A stretch of 64,000 nucleotides of DNA. Origin: Actinomycetales bacterium (lineage in GTDB: Bacteria; Actinomycetota; Actinomycetes; Nanopelagicales; Nanopelagicaceae). Made by a program: the position numbers and the translations under genes. The number at the start of each line of letters is the position of its first letter. Positions within the stretch are counted from its first letter, which is position 1. The stretch spans positions 2,035 through 66,034 of the forward strand of contig JAGWVL010000001.1 in assembly GCA_018970885.1 (NCBI GenBank), in the 5' to 3' direction. A model generated the notes under the pieces. That model was not told the origin of the DNA. It did not search any database and saw only the letters and a list, made by a program, of their open reading frames with translations. This document shows positions 39,266-50,170 of this stretch, piece by piece.

Positions 39266-41851
39266 ATGACCAAACGCCTATTACTTATCGATGGGCACTC
39301 AATGGCGTATCGAGCCTTTTTCGCGCTTCCCGCCGACAACTTCACAACCGCACAGGGCCAACACACCAATGCTGTTTATGGCTTTGCGACCATGTTGTTG
39401 TCCTTGCTCAGTAGCGAAAAACCTACCCACGTTGCTGTCGCATTTGATGTTTCACGAAAGTCCTTTAGATCTGAAATTTTCCCCGAGTACAAAGCAAATC
39501 GAGCAAAAACCCCCGATGAGTTTCGTTCTCAGATGTCCTACTTACATGAGTTAGTTACTGCATTTGGAATATCAACCTTTGAGGTTGAGGGGTATGAGGC
39601 CGATGACATCATTGCAACAATTGCAAAGCAGGCAGAGCGAGAAGGAGCAGAGGTTCTTATCTGTACCGGTGATCGTGATTCATTCCAGTTAGTGAATGAA
39701 ACGACGACAGTGCTGTATCCAAAGCGTGGTGTGAGCGATCTTGTGCGTATGACACCAGATGAGGTTCGGCAAAAATATGGAATGAGCCCGCAACAGTATC
39801 CAGATTTTGCAGCATTACGTGGAGATCCCAGCGACAACCTGCCATCTGTACCCGGTGTTGGAGAAAAGACGGCGGCTAAATGGATTGTGGAGTATGGATC
39901 GCTCCATGAATTAATCGCAAACATGGACAAGTTAGGCGGTAAGGTCGGTCAATCATTACGAGATTCAATAAGTGATGTGATTCGAAACCGTGAACTGACT
40001 CAATTAGTTGCCAATGTTCCTTTTGAACTCAGTATCGATGCTCTTGCTTGGAGTGGTGTTGATGAGAACGAAACCACTCCTCTCTTTGAAAAATTGGAGT
40101 TCAAAACCCTCAAAAACCGCATGAGACCATTACTGCTCGAATCAACCTCGAAAAATTCTGAACCAGCGCTAGAGCTGTTTGCAACTGAAATTTCTGAAGG
40201 AGTTCTGACACCTGAAGAAGCCTCAGCAAAGATTGAAATGCATCCAGGTGAAATCGCAATTGCATATCAATTAATTGATGAAAAACTTCATCGCTATGCG
40301 GTTGCATTAACAGCCGATGATGTATTTCTTGTTCACTCTTCGCAGATGGGAGATTGGGCAACAAATGTCACCGTGCCAAAGATTGCCCATGATGGCAAAA
40401 CCCTGTCCAGAATCAATGGATTAACTGGAATAACCTTTGATACCTCACTTGCGGCGTATCTGATCAATCCTGGAGTTCGTACGCAAGAGCTCAAAGATAT
40501 TCAAGAGCGTTGGGGAGATGGTTCAGCAATAAATGACAGTTCACCCGAGCTAGAACTGCTCTCATCAGCACGAGCGATGTTGGGGCTGAAGCAGCCTTTA
40601 ACTCGCGAGCTAAAGGAGAGAAATCTGTGGGAGTTATTTACAACGATGGAACTTCCCGTAGCTGCCTTGCTAGCTCGCATGGAGTCCATCGGTATAGCGG
40701 TGAACAAGAAGGAGCTTGAGAATTTAGCTGCATTCTTTGATGGTGAAGTAAAGCGAGAAACAAAGGCTGCCCATGAGGCCGTTGGCCATGAATTTAATGT
40801 AGCTTCCCCAAAGCAGTTGCAGGTAGTTCTTTTTGATGAGCTCAAACTTCCTAAAACAAAAAAGATTAAAACCGGTTATACAACAGATGCTGAAAGTCTG
40901 GACTGGTTACTCCAAAAGAGTGGGCACCCCGTACTTACATCTTTACTGAGAATTCGAGAGACCAAGAAGTTAGGCACAACCGTTGAGGGCTTAATTGCTG
41001 AGATTGCTTCAGATGGTCGCATCCACACCCATTTCCAGCAGACAGTTGCTGCAACTGGTCGTCTTTCCTCCACCGCTCCAAATCTACAAAACATTCCGGT
41101 ACGCACCGAAGAAGGTCGCAAGATTCGCAACTGCTTTACCGTTGGGAAAGGTTATGTAGCACTTCTGACCGCTGATTACAGCCAAATCGAAATGCGCATC
41201 ATGGCTCACCTGTCAGGTGATGAGAAGTTGTTGGCGGCCTTTGCATCAGGAGAGGATCTGCATGCAACAGTTGCCGGTTTAGTTTTTGGAGTTAAACCCT
41301 CTGAAGTTGACTCAGAGATGCGTCGTCAGATGAAGGCGATGTCATACGGTCTTGCATACGGACTTTCATCGTATGGATTAGCGGTGCAATTAGATATCTC
41401 ACCGCCGGCGGCGCAACAGTTGATGGATACCTACTTTGAACGTTTTGGCGGAATTCGTGACTATCTAAAAACTGTTGTTGAGGATGCACGCAAAACGGGT
41501 TATACCGAAACAATTATGGGTCGCAGGCGCTACTTGCCAGATTTAATGCATGATAATCGTCAACGTCGAGAAGTGGCAGAGCGTATGGCCCTGAACGCTC
41601 CAATTCAAGGATCTGCTGCAGACATAATCAAGGTAGCAATGCTCAATGTTCAAAGCGGTATTGAGAAAGAAAAGTTGAAATCACGTTTACTGCTTCAGAT
41701 TCATGATGAGTTAATTCTCGAAGTAGTTGCAGGTGAAGAGCAAAAAATAATCGATCTTGTAAGGCGTGAAATGGGCTCTGCTTATCCTTTAAAAGCACCG
41801 TTAGATGTTAATGCTGGACTTGGCCTTACCTGGCATGAGGCGGCACACTAA
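39266..41851 (+). CDS. polA: DNA polymerase I
   Basis: 5'-3' exonuclease (IDGHS, YKANR, EADD), ADYSQIEMR, QIHDEL. Confidence 0.99.
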   Translation: MTKRLLLIDGHSMAYRAFFALPADNFTTAQGQHTNAVYGFATMLLSLLSSEKPTHVAVAFDVSRKSFRSEIFPEYKANRAKTPDEFRSQMSYLHELVTAFGISTFEVEGYEADDIIATIAKQAEREGAEVLICTGDRDSFQLVNETTTVLYPKRGVSDLVRMTPDEVRQKYGMSPQQYPDFAALRGDPSDNLPSVPGVGEKTAAKWIVEYGSLHELIANMDKLGGKVGQSLRDSISDVIRNRELTQLVANVPFELSIDALAWSGVDENETTPLFEKLEFKTLKNRMRPLLLESTSKNSEPALELFATEISEGVLTPEEASAKIEMHPGEIAIAYQLIDEKLHRYAVALTADDVFLVHSSQMGDWATNVTVPKIAHDGKTLSRINGLTGITFDTSLAAYLINPGVRTQELKDIQERWGDGSAINDSSPELELLSSARAMLGLKQPLTRELKERNLWELFTTMELPVAALLARMESIGIAVNKKELENLAAFFDGEVKRETKAAHEAVGHEFNVASPKQLQVVLFDELKLPKTKKIKTGYTTDAESLDWLLQKSGHPVLTSLLRIRETKKLGTTVEGLIAEIASDGRIHTHFQQTVAATGRLSSTAPNLQNIPVRTEEGRKIRNCFTVGKGYVALLTADYSQIEMRIMAHLSGDEKLLAAFASGEDLHATVAGLVFGVKPSEVDSEMRRQMKAMSYGLAYGLSSYGLAVQLDISPPAAQQLMDTYFERFGGIRDYLKTVVEDARKTGYTETIMGRRRYLPDLMHDNRQRREVAERMALNAPIQGSAADIIKVAMLNVQSGIEKEKLKSRLLLQIHDELILEVVAGEEQKIIDLVRREMGSAYPLKAPLDVNAGLGLTWHEAAH

Positions 41852-43078
41852 TTACTTTGATTCGTTAGAAATATCCTTCATCGCCTGAAGATCTTCTTCT
41901 TCTGTCGGCACATCATTAGCAGCGCTTAAACGCGCACGACCAATCGACAAGATTATCAATCCAATAAAAATCATTATGGGCAACATTGCAAGGCCGATAC
42001 GTGGTGAAAAGCTTTCGGAGACAACACCACCAACTGCAGCACCGAGTGCCATGAAAGATCCTTCAACGCTCCAAATCCAACCAAGAGAGGCGGTCTGTGA
42101 ACCCTTTGGACGAACAGCTTCGAGAACTTCAAAGTAAAAGACTTGGACAGCGCCACCTAAGAAACCGATACCGGCACCGATTAATGCCATGCTCCAATCG
42201 GGATAAGTAAATGCAACGGGAACACAGGCGATGAGCCACAACAGATATGACCTACGCAGCGCTGACAATGGCGCTAACTTCTTTGAGACCAAACCACCAA
42301 GTAAACCACCAATGACTGTGGCAGCACCGAATGAAGCAAAGATCCAAGCAACACGATGCTGCACACCTTCTTGTGTCGCAAATGCAGGAACGGCAACATC
42401 AAAGACACCCCATCCAAAACCAATAAAGCAGCCCTCAAACATCAGAAGTTGAATTGCGCGATCTCGCCATAAACGTTGCTGACCCTTTAGCTTCTTCTCA
42501 GGAATCCAATCGCGAGAAGCAGGCGTTAAGGAAAGTGCAATTCCACCGACTAACATCAAGGTTGCAATTGTTCCCAAACCAAAACCTGGATGAGCTGAAA
42601 GCATAAGCGCGGTTATAACTACTGGTCCGATGACAGAGGTTGTACTCATCATGGAAGAGTCAAAGGCATAAGCTGTTCGCAGATATGAGTCGGGAACAAT
42701 GTCCTTCCATAATGGGCGAACTGACAAGTTAATTGGGGGAGCGGTAATACCTAAAATAAAGGCCGCAATCAAAATAGATTGACGTGTTTCCAGGGTGTTG
42801 AGCAAAATAATTAGCCCTGCATACATGGGCACCAAGATGCGAATCGGCCACTTCTGACCAAATCGATCCATCACAGATCCGCGAATTCCTGCAGTTAATG
42901 AGCCGGCAAGTGAGTTCAAACCAATTGCAAAACCCGCGATGGCAATTGAGCCAGTTTCCTGTTCAGCCTTGAAAAATATGCCGAGCCCAATCATCGAGTA
43001 CGCCAAACGAGCCGGAAATGCGCTCAATCCCAGGCGAATAACTTGGGGAAAGGCGAGCAGCTCTCGGTATCTCTTCAT
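41852..43078 (-). CDS. MFS transporter
   Basis: About 12 hydrophobic segments, G..MDRFGQK motif A; start could be 43078, 43090 or 43108. Confidence 0.88.
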   Translation of the reverse strand: MKRYRELLAFPQVIRLGLSAFPARLAYSMIGLGIFFKAEQETGSIAIAGFAIGLNSLAGSLTAGIRGSVMDRFGQKWPIRILVPMYAGLIILLNTLETRQSILIAAFILGITAPPINLSVRPLWKDIVPDSYLRTAYAFDSSMMSTTSVIGPVVITALMLSAHPGFGLGTIATLMLVGGIALSLTPASRDWIPEKKLKGQQRLWRDRAIQLLMFEGCFIGFGWGVFDVAVPAFATQEGVQHRVAWIFASFGAATVIGGLLGGLVSKKLAPLSALRRSYLLWLIACVPVAFTYPDWSMALIGAGIGFLGGAVQVFYFEVLEAVRPKGSQTASLGWIWSVEGSFMALGAAVGGVVSESFSPRIGLAMLPIMIFIGLIILSIGRARLSAANDVPTEEEDLQAMKDISNESK

Positions 43079-43122
43079 AAGGTATTTCATTCTATCGATT
43101 ACGCTCAAAAAAGTGAGTGGAT

Positions 43123-43152
43123 TTGCCCTTACGAGCGTGCAAACCGTACCCT
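43123..43152 (+). promoter_or_regulatory. Putative rpsA promoter TTGCCC-N18-TACCCT
   Basis: -35/-10-like hexamers upstream of the rpsA leader. Confidence 0.55.
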
Positions 43153-43206
43153 TGCCCTTCAGCCGCGAAAGCGGGAACTACTACTTTCTATCCCTACGGA
43201 GCACAA

Positions 43207-44559
43207 TTGTCTACACCACAAATTGCAGTAAATGACATCGGATCAGCTGAAGATTTTCTTGCAGCAATCGAAGGCACAATCAGAAACTTTAATGACGGCG
43301 ACCTAGTATCAGGTGCAGTTGTTCAAGTTGGACGCGACGAAGTTCTTGTCGACATCGGTTACAAGACAGAGGGAGTTATTCCTTCTCGCGAACTCTCAAT
43401 TCGCCACGATGCAGATCCAAATTCAATCGTCAAAGTTGGTGAGATTATTGAAGCTCTCGTTCTTCAAAAAGAGGATAAAGAGGGTCGCCTGATTCTTTCT
43501 AAGAAACGTGCACAGTATGAGCGTGCATGGGGAGATATTGAAGGCAAGAAGGAGCGCGACGAGGTTGTCGTCGGAACTGTGATTGAAGTTGTTAAGGGCG
43601 GTCTTATTGTGGACATCGGACTACGCGGATTCCTCCCGGCATCTCTTGTTGAGATGCGCCGCGTACGTGATCTGACTCCATACATTGGCAAGCAGGTTGA
43701 AGCACGCATTATCGAACTCGATAAGAATCGCAACAACGTTGTTCTCTCACGTCGTGCATTCCTCGAGCAGACACAATCAGAATCACGCACAACATTCCTT
43801 AATCAACTCCAAAAGGGCCAGGTTCGTACAGGTGTTGTCTCATCAATTGTTAACTTCGGTGCATTCGTTGACCTTGGTGGCGTAGATGGTTTGGTTCACG
43901 TTTCAGAGCTTTCATGGAAGCACATCGATCACCCAGGAGAAGTCGTTGAAGTTGGCGATGAGGTAACTGTTGAAGTTCTCGAAGTTGATTTCGAACGTGA
44001 GCGTGTTTCACTCTCACTTAAGGCAACACAAGAGGATCCATGGCAGGCATTTGCTCGCACTCACACAATCAATCAGGTTGTTCCAGGTGTTGTGACAAAG
44101 CTAGTTCCATTTGGAGCTTTTATTCGTGTTCATGAGGGAATTGAAGGACTTGTTCACATCTCAGAATTAGCAGAACGCCACGTTGAGATTCCAGAGCAGG
44201 TAGTTCAGGTTGATGATGAGTTATTTGTAAAGATCATCGACATAGACTTAGAGCGTCGTCGTATCTCACTTTCATTGAAGCAGGCTAATGAAGGTACAGA
44301 GATTGAAATCGAAGCATTTGATCCAACTCAGTACGGAATGGCTGCACGTTACGATGCCGCGGGAAATTTCATTTACCCTGAAGGTTTTGATGCCGACACT
44401 CAAGAGTGGAAGCCAGGATACGAAACACAGCGTGAAGAGTGGGAAAAGCAGTACGCCCTAGCTCAAGAGCGTTTCATGGCACACAAGAAGCAGAAGTCAG
44501 AGGCCAAGGCCGCTGACGCTGCTGCAACTCCTGAAGAGGAAGTAGTCTCTGCCGAATAG
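43207..44559 (+). CDS. rpsA: 30S ribosomal protein S1
   Basis: PQIAVNDIGS N-terminus, four S1 repeats, actinobacterial C-terminal region; TTG start at 43207 after GGAG. Confidence 0.98.
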   Translation: MSTPQIAVNDIGSAEDFLAAIEGTIRNFNDGDLVSGAVVQVGRDEVLVDIGYKTEGVIPSRELSIRHDADPNSIVKVGEIIEALVLQKEDKEGRLILSKKRAQYERAWGDIEGKKERDEVVVGTVIEVVKGGLIVDIGLRGFLPASLVEMRRVRDLTPYIGKQVEARIIELDKNRNNVVLSRRAFLEQTQSESRTTFLNQLQKGQVRTGVVSSIVNFGAFVDLGGVDGLVHVSELSWKHIDHPGEVVEVGDEVTVEVLEVDFERERVSLSLKATQEDPWQAFARTHTINQVVPGVVTKLVPFGAFIRVHEGIEGLVHISELAERHVEIPEQVVQVDDELFVKIIDIDLERRRISLSLKQANEGTEIEIEAFDPTQYGMAARYDAAGNFIYPEGFDADTQEWKPGYETQREEWEKQYALAQERFMAHKKQKSEAKAADAAATPEEEVVSAE

Positions 44560-44573
44560 AAATATTTGTGTAC

Positions 44574-44610
44574 AGAAGGCCTCGCGAAACTGCGGGGCCT
44601 TCTTTCATTT
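44574..44610 (+). terminator. Intrinsic terminator after rpsA
   Basis: AGAAGGCCTCGC-GAAACT-GCGGGGCCTTCT followed by TTCATTT. Confidence 0.85.
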
Positions 44611-44628
44611 AACCTCTATTCTTTCTCT

Positions 44629-45213
44629 ATGCGAGTGATCGGTTTAACCGGCGGAATAGGTTGCGGTAAGTCTTTAGCTGCTCAGTACTTTGCCGAACTT
44701 GGTGCACTGGTAATTGATGCAGACCAACTTGCTCGAGCTGCTATTGAAAGAGGCTCCGAAGGTTTTGATGAGGTAGTGAGCTTTTTTGGTGACTCAGTTT
44801 TAAACAATGGTGATATTGATCGCCGAGCATTAGGCGAAGTAATCTTTAAAGATCCTGAAGCGAAGAAAAAACTTGAAGGTATTATTCACCCATTTGTTCG
44901 CCGCGAATTTGAAGAGGCGGTTGCCTCGCTCAAATCTGACCAGACCCTTGTTTATGAAATACCTTTACTCGTTGAAACAGGTGGTCAGGATCGTTTTGAT
45001 GTCGTAGTGACGGTTGAGTCATCATTAGAGAACAGAATCGCGCGACTTCGTCAGCGTGGCATGCATATCTCAGAAATCAATGCTCGTATCGCCTCCCAAG
45101 CAACGCGAGAGCAGCGCATCGAAGTTGCCGATTTTCTTATAGAAAATGATGGTAGTGAGGATGAACTCCTGCGCCAAGTGGAAAACATTTGGGATAGCCT
45201 TCACGATAATTAA
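44629..45213 (+). CDS. coaE: Dephospho-CoA kinase
   Basis: IGLTGGIGCGKS, IDAD, IPLLVE; ATG 44629. Confidence 0.97.
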   Translation: MRVIGLTGGIGCGKSLAAQYFAELGALVIDADQLARAAIERGSEGFDEVVSFFGDSVLNNGDIDRRALGEVIFKDPEAKKKLEGIIHPFVRREFEEAVASLKSDQTLVYEIPLLVETGGQDRFDVVVTVESSLENRIARLRQRGMHISEINARIASQATREQRIEVADFLIENDGSEDELLRQVENIWDSLHDN

Positions 45214-45229
45214 TAAGTAGGCTTATCAA

Positions 45230-47311
45230 ATGCGCCCAATATCTGATCTACAACGCAGAGTTGAGCCTTTTCGGGTTATCAGCGATTACGTTCCGGCAGG
45301 TGATCAGCCCACTGCCATCGCTGAGATAGTAAAACGTATCAACGCGGGGGAGCGTGATGTTGTGCTCTTAGGTGCGACAGGTACTGGTAAATCTGCAACT
45401 ACCGCTTGGCTGATTGAACAGTTGCAGAGACCAACCCTGGTTTTAGCACCCAACAAAACATTGGCGGCACAGCTTGCCAATGAGTTCCGCGAATTATTAC
45501 CGAACAACGCCGTTGAATACTTTGTCTCGTATTACGACTATTACCAACCTGAAGCCTACGTACCTCAAACAGATACCTTTATCGAGAAGGACTCCAGCGT
45601 CAATGAAGAGGTTGAACGGCTTCGCCACTCAGCAACTAACTCCTTGCTTACCCGCAGAGATGTGATCGTAGTTGCAACTGTTTCCTGTATCTATGGATTG
45701 GGTACCCCGCAAGAGTATGTAGATCGAATGGTTCGCCTGCGAGTGGGTGACGAGGTTGAGCGCAACGCACTCTTGCGTCGCTTTGTAGATGTGCAGTACA
45801 AACGCAATGACATGGCTTTTGAACGTGGAACCTTTAGAGTGCGTGGAGACACCATCGAAATCATTCCGATGTATGAAGAACTTGCTATTCGGATTGAAAT
45901 GTTTGGCGATGAGATCGAGAAGATTTCAACACTTCATCCTCTTACTGGTGAGATTATAAGAGATGAAGAAGAAATCTTTGTCTTTCCGGCAACACATTAT
46001 GCGGCCGGTCCCGAGACGATGAAGCGAGCCATCGGAGACATCCAGGATGAACTACAAGTTCAGCTCAATCTCTTTGAGAAACAAGGAAAGTTACTAGAAG
46101 CCCAGCGTCTGCGCATGAGAACAACCTTTGATATTGAGATGATGGAGCAGATTGGATTCTGTAGCGGAATTGAAAACTACTCTCGACATTTGGATCAGCG
46201 CCCAGCGGGTTCTGCACCCCACTGTCTCTTAGATTACTTTCCTGAAGATTTTCTCCTTGTCATTGATGAGAGCCATGTGACGGTTCCTCAATTAGGAGCG
46301 ATGTTTGAAGGAGATGCTTCTCGCAAGCGAACCCTTGTAGAGCATGGATTTCGTCTGCCAAGTGCTTTAGATAATCGTCCGCTGAAGTTTCCAGAGTTTG
46401 TAGAGCGCACTGGACAGACGATTTATCTATCAGCTACACCAGGTAAGTATGAGCTGGCCAAGGTCGATGGAGATGTTGTTGAGCAGGTGATCCGCCCAAC
46501 TGGTTTGGTGGATCCACAGATCGTGATTAAACCGATTAAGGGTCAGATCGATGACCTGCTACATGAGATCACAATTCGTGCGGCAAGAAATGAGCGTGTT
46601 CTTGTAACAACCTTGACTAAAAAGATGTCGGAAGATTTAACCGATTACCTTCAGGAAAAAGGAGTTAACGTTCGCTATCTTCATTCAGAGGTAGATACCT
46701 TGCGCAGAGTTGAATTACTTCGTGAACTTCGTACTGGTGATTATGATGTATTGATTGGTATCAACTTGTTACGTGAAGGCCTGGATTTACCTGAAGTATC
46801 TTTAGTAGCGATTTTGGATGCTGATAAAGAGGGCTTCCTGCGCTCATCGACATCTTTGATTCAAACTATTGGTCGCGCCGCCCGCAATGTATCGGGTGAA
46901 GTGCACATGTATGCTGACAGAATTACAGACTCCATGGCAAAAGCAATCGATGAAACAAATCGACGTAGAGCCAAGCAGGTGGCATATAACTTAGAACGTG
47001 GTGTTGATCCGCAGCCGCTACGTAAGAAGATCGCGGATATAACTGATTTAATTGCGCGTGAAAGCCAAGATACAGAAGAACTTTTGTCTCATGAGACGGG
47101 TGGAGTGAAGAAAGTCGGCACCTCAGCTGGAATTTACGATAAATCCTCACTCTCTTTGCCGCGCAAGGATCTAATCGCATTGATAGGCTCGCTCACCGAA
47201 CAGATGCGAAATGCAGCATCTGAACTTCAATTTGAGGTCGCCGCGCGATTGCGCGATGAGATAAAGGTTTTGAAGAAAGAGCTACGAATGATGGAAGAGG
47301 CCGGGGTTTGA
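45230..47311 (+). CDS. uvrB: Excinuclease ABC subunit B
   Basis: [35 protein letters not shown]-terminal UVR domain. Confidence 0.99.
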   Translation: MRPISDLQRRVEPFRVISDYVPAGDQPTAIAEIVKRINAGERDVVLLGATGTGKSATTAWLIEQLQRPTLVLAPNKTLAAQLANEFRELLPNNAVEYFVSYYDYYQPEAYVPQTDTFIEKDSSVNEEVERLRHSATNSLLTRRDVIVVATVSCIYGLGTPQEYVDRMVRLRVGDEVERNALLRRFVDVQYKRNDMAFERGTFRVRGDTIEIIPMYEELAIRIEMFGDEIEKISTLHPLTGEIIRDEEEIFVFPATHYAAGPETMKRAIGDIQDELQVQLNLFEKQGKLLEAQRLRMRTTFDIEMMEQIGFCSGIENYSRHLDQRPAGSAPHCLLDYFPEDFLLVIDESHVTVPQLGAMFEGDASRKRTLVEHGFRLPSALDNRPLKFPEFVERTGQTIYLSATPGKYELAKVDGDVVEQVIRPTGLVDPQIVIKPIKGQIDDLLHEITIRAARNERVLVTTLTKKMSEDLTDYLQEKGVNVRYLHSEVDTLRRVELLRELRTGDYDVLIGINLLREGLDLPEVSLVAILDADKEGFLRSSTSLIQTIGRAARNVSGEVHMYADRITDSMAKAIDETNRRRAKQVAYNLERGVDPQPLRKKIADITDLIARESQDTEELLSHETGGVKKVGTSAGIYDKSSLSLPRKDLIALIGSLTEQMRNAASELQFEVAARLRDEIKVLKKELRMMEEAGV

Positions 47312-50166
47312 GCATCGATAAATTAGTTGTGCGCGGAGCTCGCGAGCACAATCTCAAAAATATCTCCATCGAACTCCCGCGAAACTCCCTAGTTGTTTTC
47401 ACGGGACTCTCCGGCTCTGGAAAATCTTCGCTTGCCTTTGACACAATCTTTGCTGAAGGTCAGCGTAGATATGTTGAATCCCTATCTGCCTATGCACGCC
47501 AATTTTTGGGTCAGATGGATAAGCCTGATGTGGATTTCATCGAAGGTCTTTCACCTGCTGTTTCGATCGATCAGAAATCTACAAATCGCAATCCACGATC
47601 GACCGTGGGAACTATTACCGAGGTTTACGACTACCTGCGTCTGCTCTTTGCACGTGCTGGAACCCCGCACTGTCCTAATTGCAACAAGGTTGTTACCCGC
47701 CAATCACCTCAACAGATCGTTGATCAAATCCTGGAATTACCCGCAGCTACTAAGTTTCAAGTTTTAGCTCCGGTGGTTCGCGCACGCAAGGGGGAGTTTG
47801 TAGAGCTCTTCAGCGACTTAATTACTCAGGGGTATTCACGTGCCCGCATTGATGGTCAGGTTGTTCAACTCTCCGAAGCACCAAAGTTGAAGAAACAAGA
47901 AAAACACACGATTGAAGTTGTTATTGATCGTTTGACCGCTAAAGCTGAGAGTAAGAGCCGCTTAACGGACTCCATTGAAACTGCTCTTCGACTTGCTTCA
48001 GGCATAGTCATTTTGGATTTTGTGGATGCTAAGGGAGATGAAAAGGAACGCACTTATAGCGAGCACCTTGCCTGCCATGATTGTGAACTGTCTTTTGAGG
48101 AGTTGGAGCCTCGTTCCTTCTCATTTAACTCGCCATTTGGGGCATGCGAGGAGTGTTCAGGAATTGGAACAAAGAAAGAGGTTGATCTTGATCTGATTAT
48201 TCCCGATGACTCCATCTCAATTAATGAAGGTGCGATTGCGCCATGGTCTGGTGGTCAATCATCTGATTACTTCCTTCGCTTGCTTGAGGCATTGGCGAAG
48301 GATCTTCCATTCTCATTAGATACACCGTGGAAAAAAATCTCGGTCAAAGCGCGCGATGCAATTTTGAATGGTTATGAGTACGAAATCAAGATGAAATACA
48401 AGGGGCGATACGGTGCCCGTAACTACACAACTGGTTTTGAAGGTGTCATTCCCTTCATTCATCGCAGACATGAAGAAACTGACAGTGATTACAGTCGGGA
48501 TAAGTATGAGGCATACATGCGCGAGATTGCATGCGAAAGTTGCAAAGGTGCCCGACTTAAACCTGAGGTTCTTGCGGTCACCATCGGAGATAAAAACATC
48601 TCTGAGATTTGTGAGCTCTCGATCGCAGACTGTGCTACTTTTTTACAGAAAATCAAGCTCAACAAGCGTGAGGCGCAGATCGCGGAGCGAGTAATGAAAG
48701 AGGTTAATGCTCGCCTTGGCTTTTTACTCGATGTCGGACTTGATTACCTCTCTCTTGCACGCCCAGCTGGATCTTTGTCAGGTGGAGAAGCTCAACGTAT
48801 CCGACTAGCCACGCAGATCGGTAGCGGTTTAGTCGGTGTTCTCTATGTGCTTGATGAGCCATCAATTGGTTTGCATCAACGAGATAATAAGCGATTGATT
48901 GAAACTCTCACACGTTTGCGCGACCTTGGAAATACCTTGATAGTTGTTGAACATGATGAAGAGACTATTCGTACCGCTGACTGGATCGTTGATATCGGCC
49001 CAGGTGCTGGTGAACATGGTGGAAAGGTCGTTGTCTCAGGCAGTTATGAGGAGTTAATAGCAACTAAAGATTCGATCACTGGTGCTTATTTATCAGGACG
49101 CAAATCAATTGCAATTCCAAAGAAGCGCCGCACAATTGACCCCAAGAGAAAACTTGTAGTTAAAGGTGCAAAGGAAAATAACCTCAAGGATATCGAAGTC
49201 CAAGTTCCGTTAGGCGTCTTTGTATCTGTAACTGGTGTCTCAGGTTCTGGAAAATCAACTCTTGTTAATGATATTTTGTACACAACATTAGCGAATAAAT
49301 TAAATGGTTCCCGCTTGGTGCCAGGTCGCCACAGAACAGTTACCGGCATTGAACATCTTGATAAGGTTGTTCATGTAGATCAATCTCCAATCGGCAGAAC
49401 TCCTAGATCTAACCCTGCTACTTACACCGGTGTATTTGACAAGATTCGAGCACTCTTTGCTGAAACAAGCGAGGCGAAGATTCGTGGTTACCAGCAAGGT
49501 CGCTTCTCCTTCAATGTGAAGGGTGGACGGTGTGAAAACTGTTCGGGCGATGGAACTATCACCATCGAAATGAACTTCTTGCCAGATGTATACGTTCCTT
49601 GCGAGGTATGTCATGGTGCTCGTTACAACCGTGAAACGCTAGAGGTTCACTACAAGGGCAAAACAATCGCAGAGGTTTTGAATATGCCGATTGAAGAGGC
49701 TCACAGCTTTTTTGAATCCGTGCCAGCGATTGCACGCTACTTAAAGACTTTAAATGATGTGGGTTTGGGATATGTCCGTCTTGGACAATCAGCTCCTACC
49801 TTGTCAGGTGGCGAAGCCCAACGCGTAAAACTTGCAACTGAACTACAACGTCGATCAACTGGTCGCACAATTTACGTTTTGGATGAACCCACAACAGGTC
49901 TGCACTTCGAAGATGTTAACAAGTTGCTCACCGTACTTAACCGATTGGTGGATACCGGAAACACCGTAGTCGTGATCGAACACAATCTTGATGTCATCAA
50001 ATGCTCTGACTGGGTGATTGACATGGGCCCTGAAGGTGGGTTCCGCGGGGGATTGGTCGTTGCTGAAGGTACCCCAGAGACCGTAGCCACGGTCAAGGAG
50101 AGTTACACCGGACAGTTCCTTGGTGAGATTTTGAAAACTAATCGGAAAGTAACAGCAAAGAAGTAA
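47308..50166 (+). CDS. uvrA: Excinuclease ABC subunit A
   Basis: Two ABC ATPase modules, zinc fingers, LSGGEAQR twice. Confidence 0.99.
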   Translation: MSIDKLVVRGAREHNLKNISIELPRNSLVVFTGLSGSGKSSLAFDTIFAEGQRRYVESLSAYARQFLGQMDKPDVDFIEGLSPAVSIDQKSTNRNPRSTVGTITEVYDYLRLLFARAGTPHCPNCNKVVTRQSPQQIVDQILELPAATKFQVLAPVVRARKGEFVELFSDLITQGYSRARIDGQVVQLSEAPKLKKQEKHTIEVVIDRLTAKAESKSRLTDSIETALRLASGIVILDFVDAKGDEKERTYSEHLACHDCELSFEELEPRSFSFNSPFGACEECSGIGTKKEVDLDLIIPDDSISINEGAIAPWSGGQSSDYFLRLLEALAKDLPFSLDTPWKKISVKARDAILNGYEYEIKMKYKGRYGARNYTTGFEGVIPFIHRRHEETDSDYSRDKYEAYMREIACESCKGARLKPEVLAVTIGDKNISEICELSIADCATFLQKIKLNKREAQIAERVMKEVNARLGFLLDVGLDYLSLARPAGSLSGGEAQRIRLATQIGSGLVGVLYVLDEPSIGLHQRDNKRLIETLTRLRDLGNTLIVVEHDEETIRTADWIVDIGPGAGEHGGKVVVSGSYEELIATKDSITGAYLSGRKSIAIPKKRRTIDPKRKLVVKGAKENNLKDIEVQVPLGVFVSVTGVSGSGKSTLVNDILYTTLANKLNGSRLVPGRHRTVTGIEHLDKVVHVDQSPIGRTPRSNPATYTGVFDKIRALFAETSEAKIRGYQQGRFSFNVKGGRCENCSGDGTITIEMNFLPDVYVPCEVCHGARYNRETLEVHYKGKTIAEVLNMPIEEAHSFFESVPAIARYLKTLNDVGLGYVRLGQSAPTLSGGEAQRVKLATELQRRSTGRTIYVLDEPTTGLHFEDVNKLLTVLNRLVDTGNTVVVIEHNLDVIKCSDWVIDMGPEGGFRGGLVVAEGTPETVATVKESYTGQFLGEILKTNRKVTAKK

Positions 50167-50170
50167 TTTC

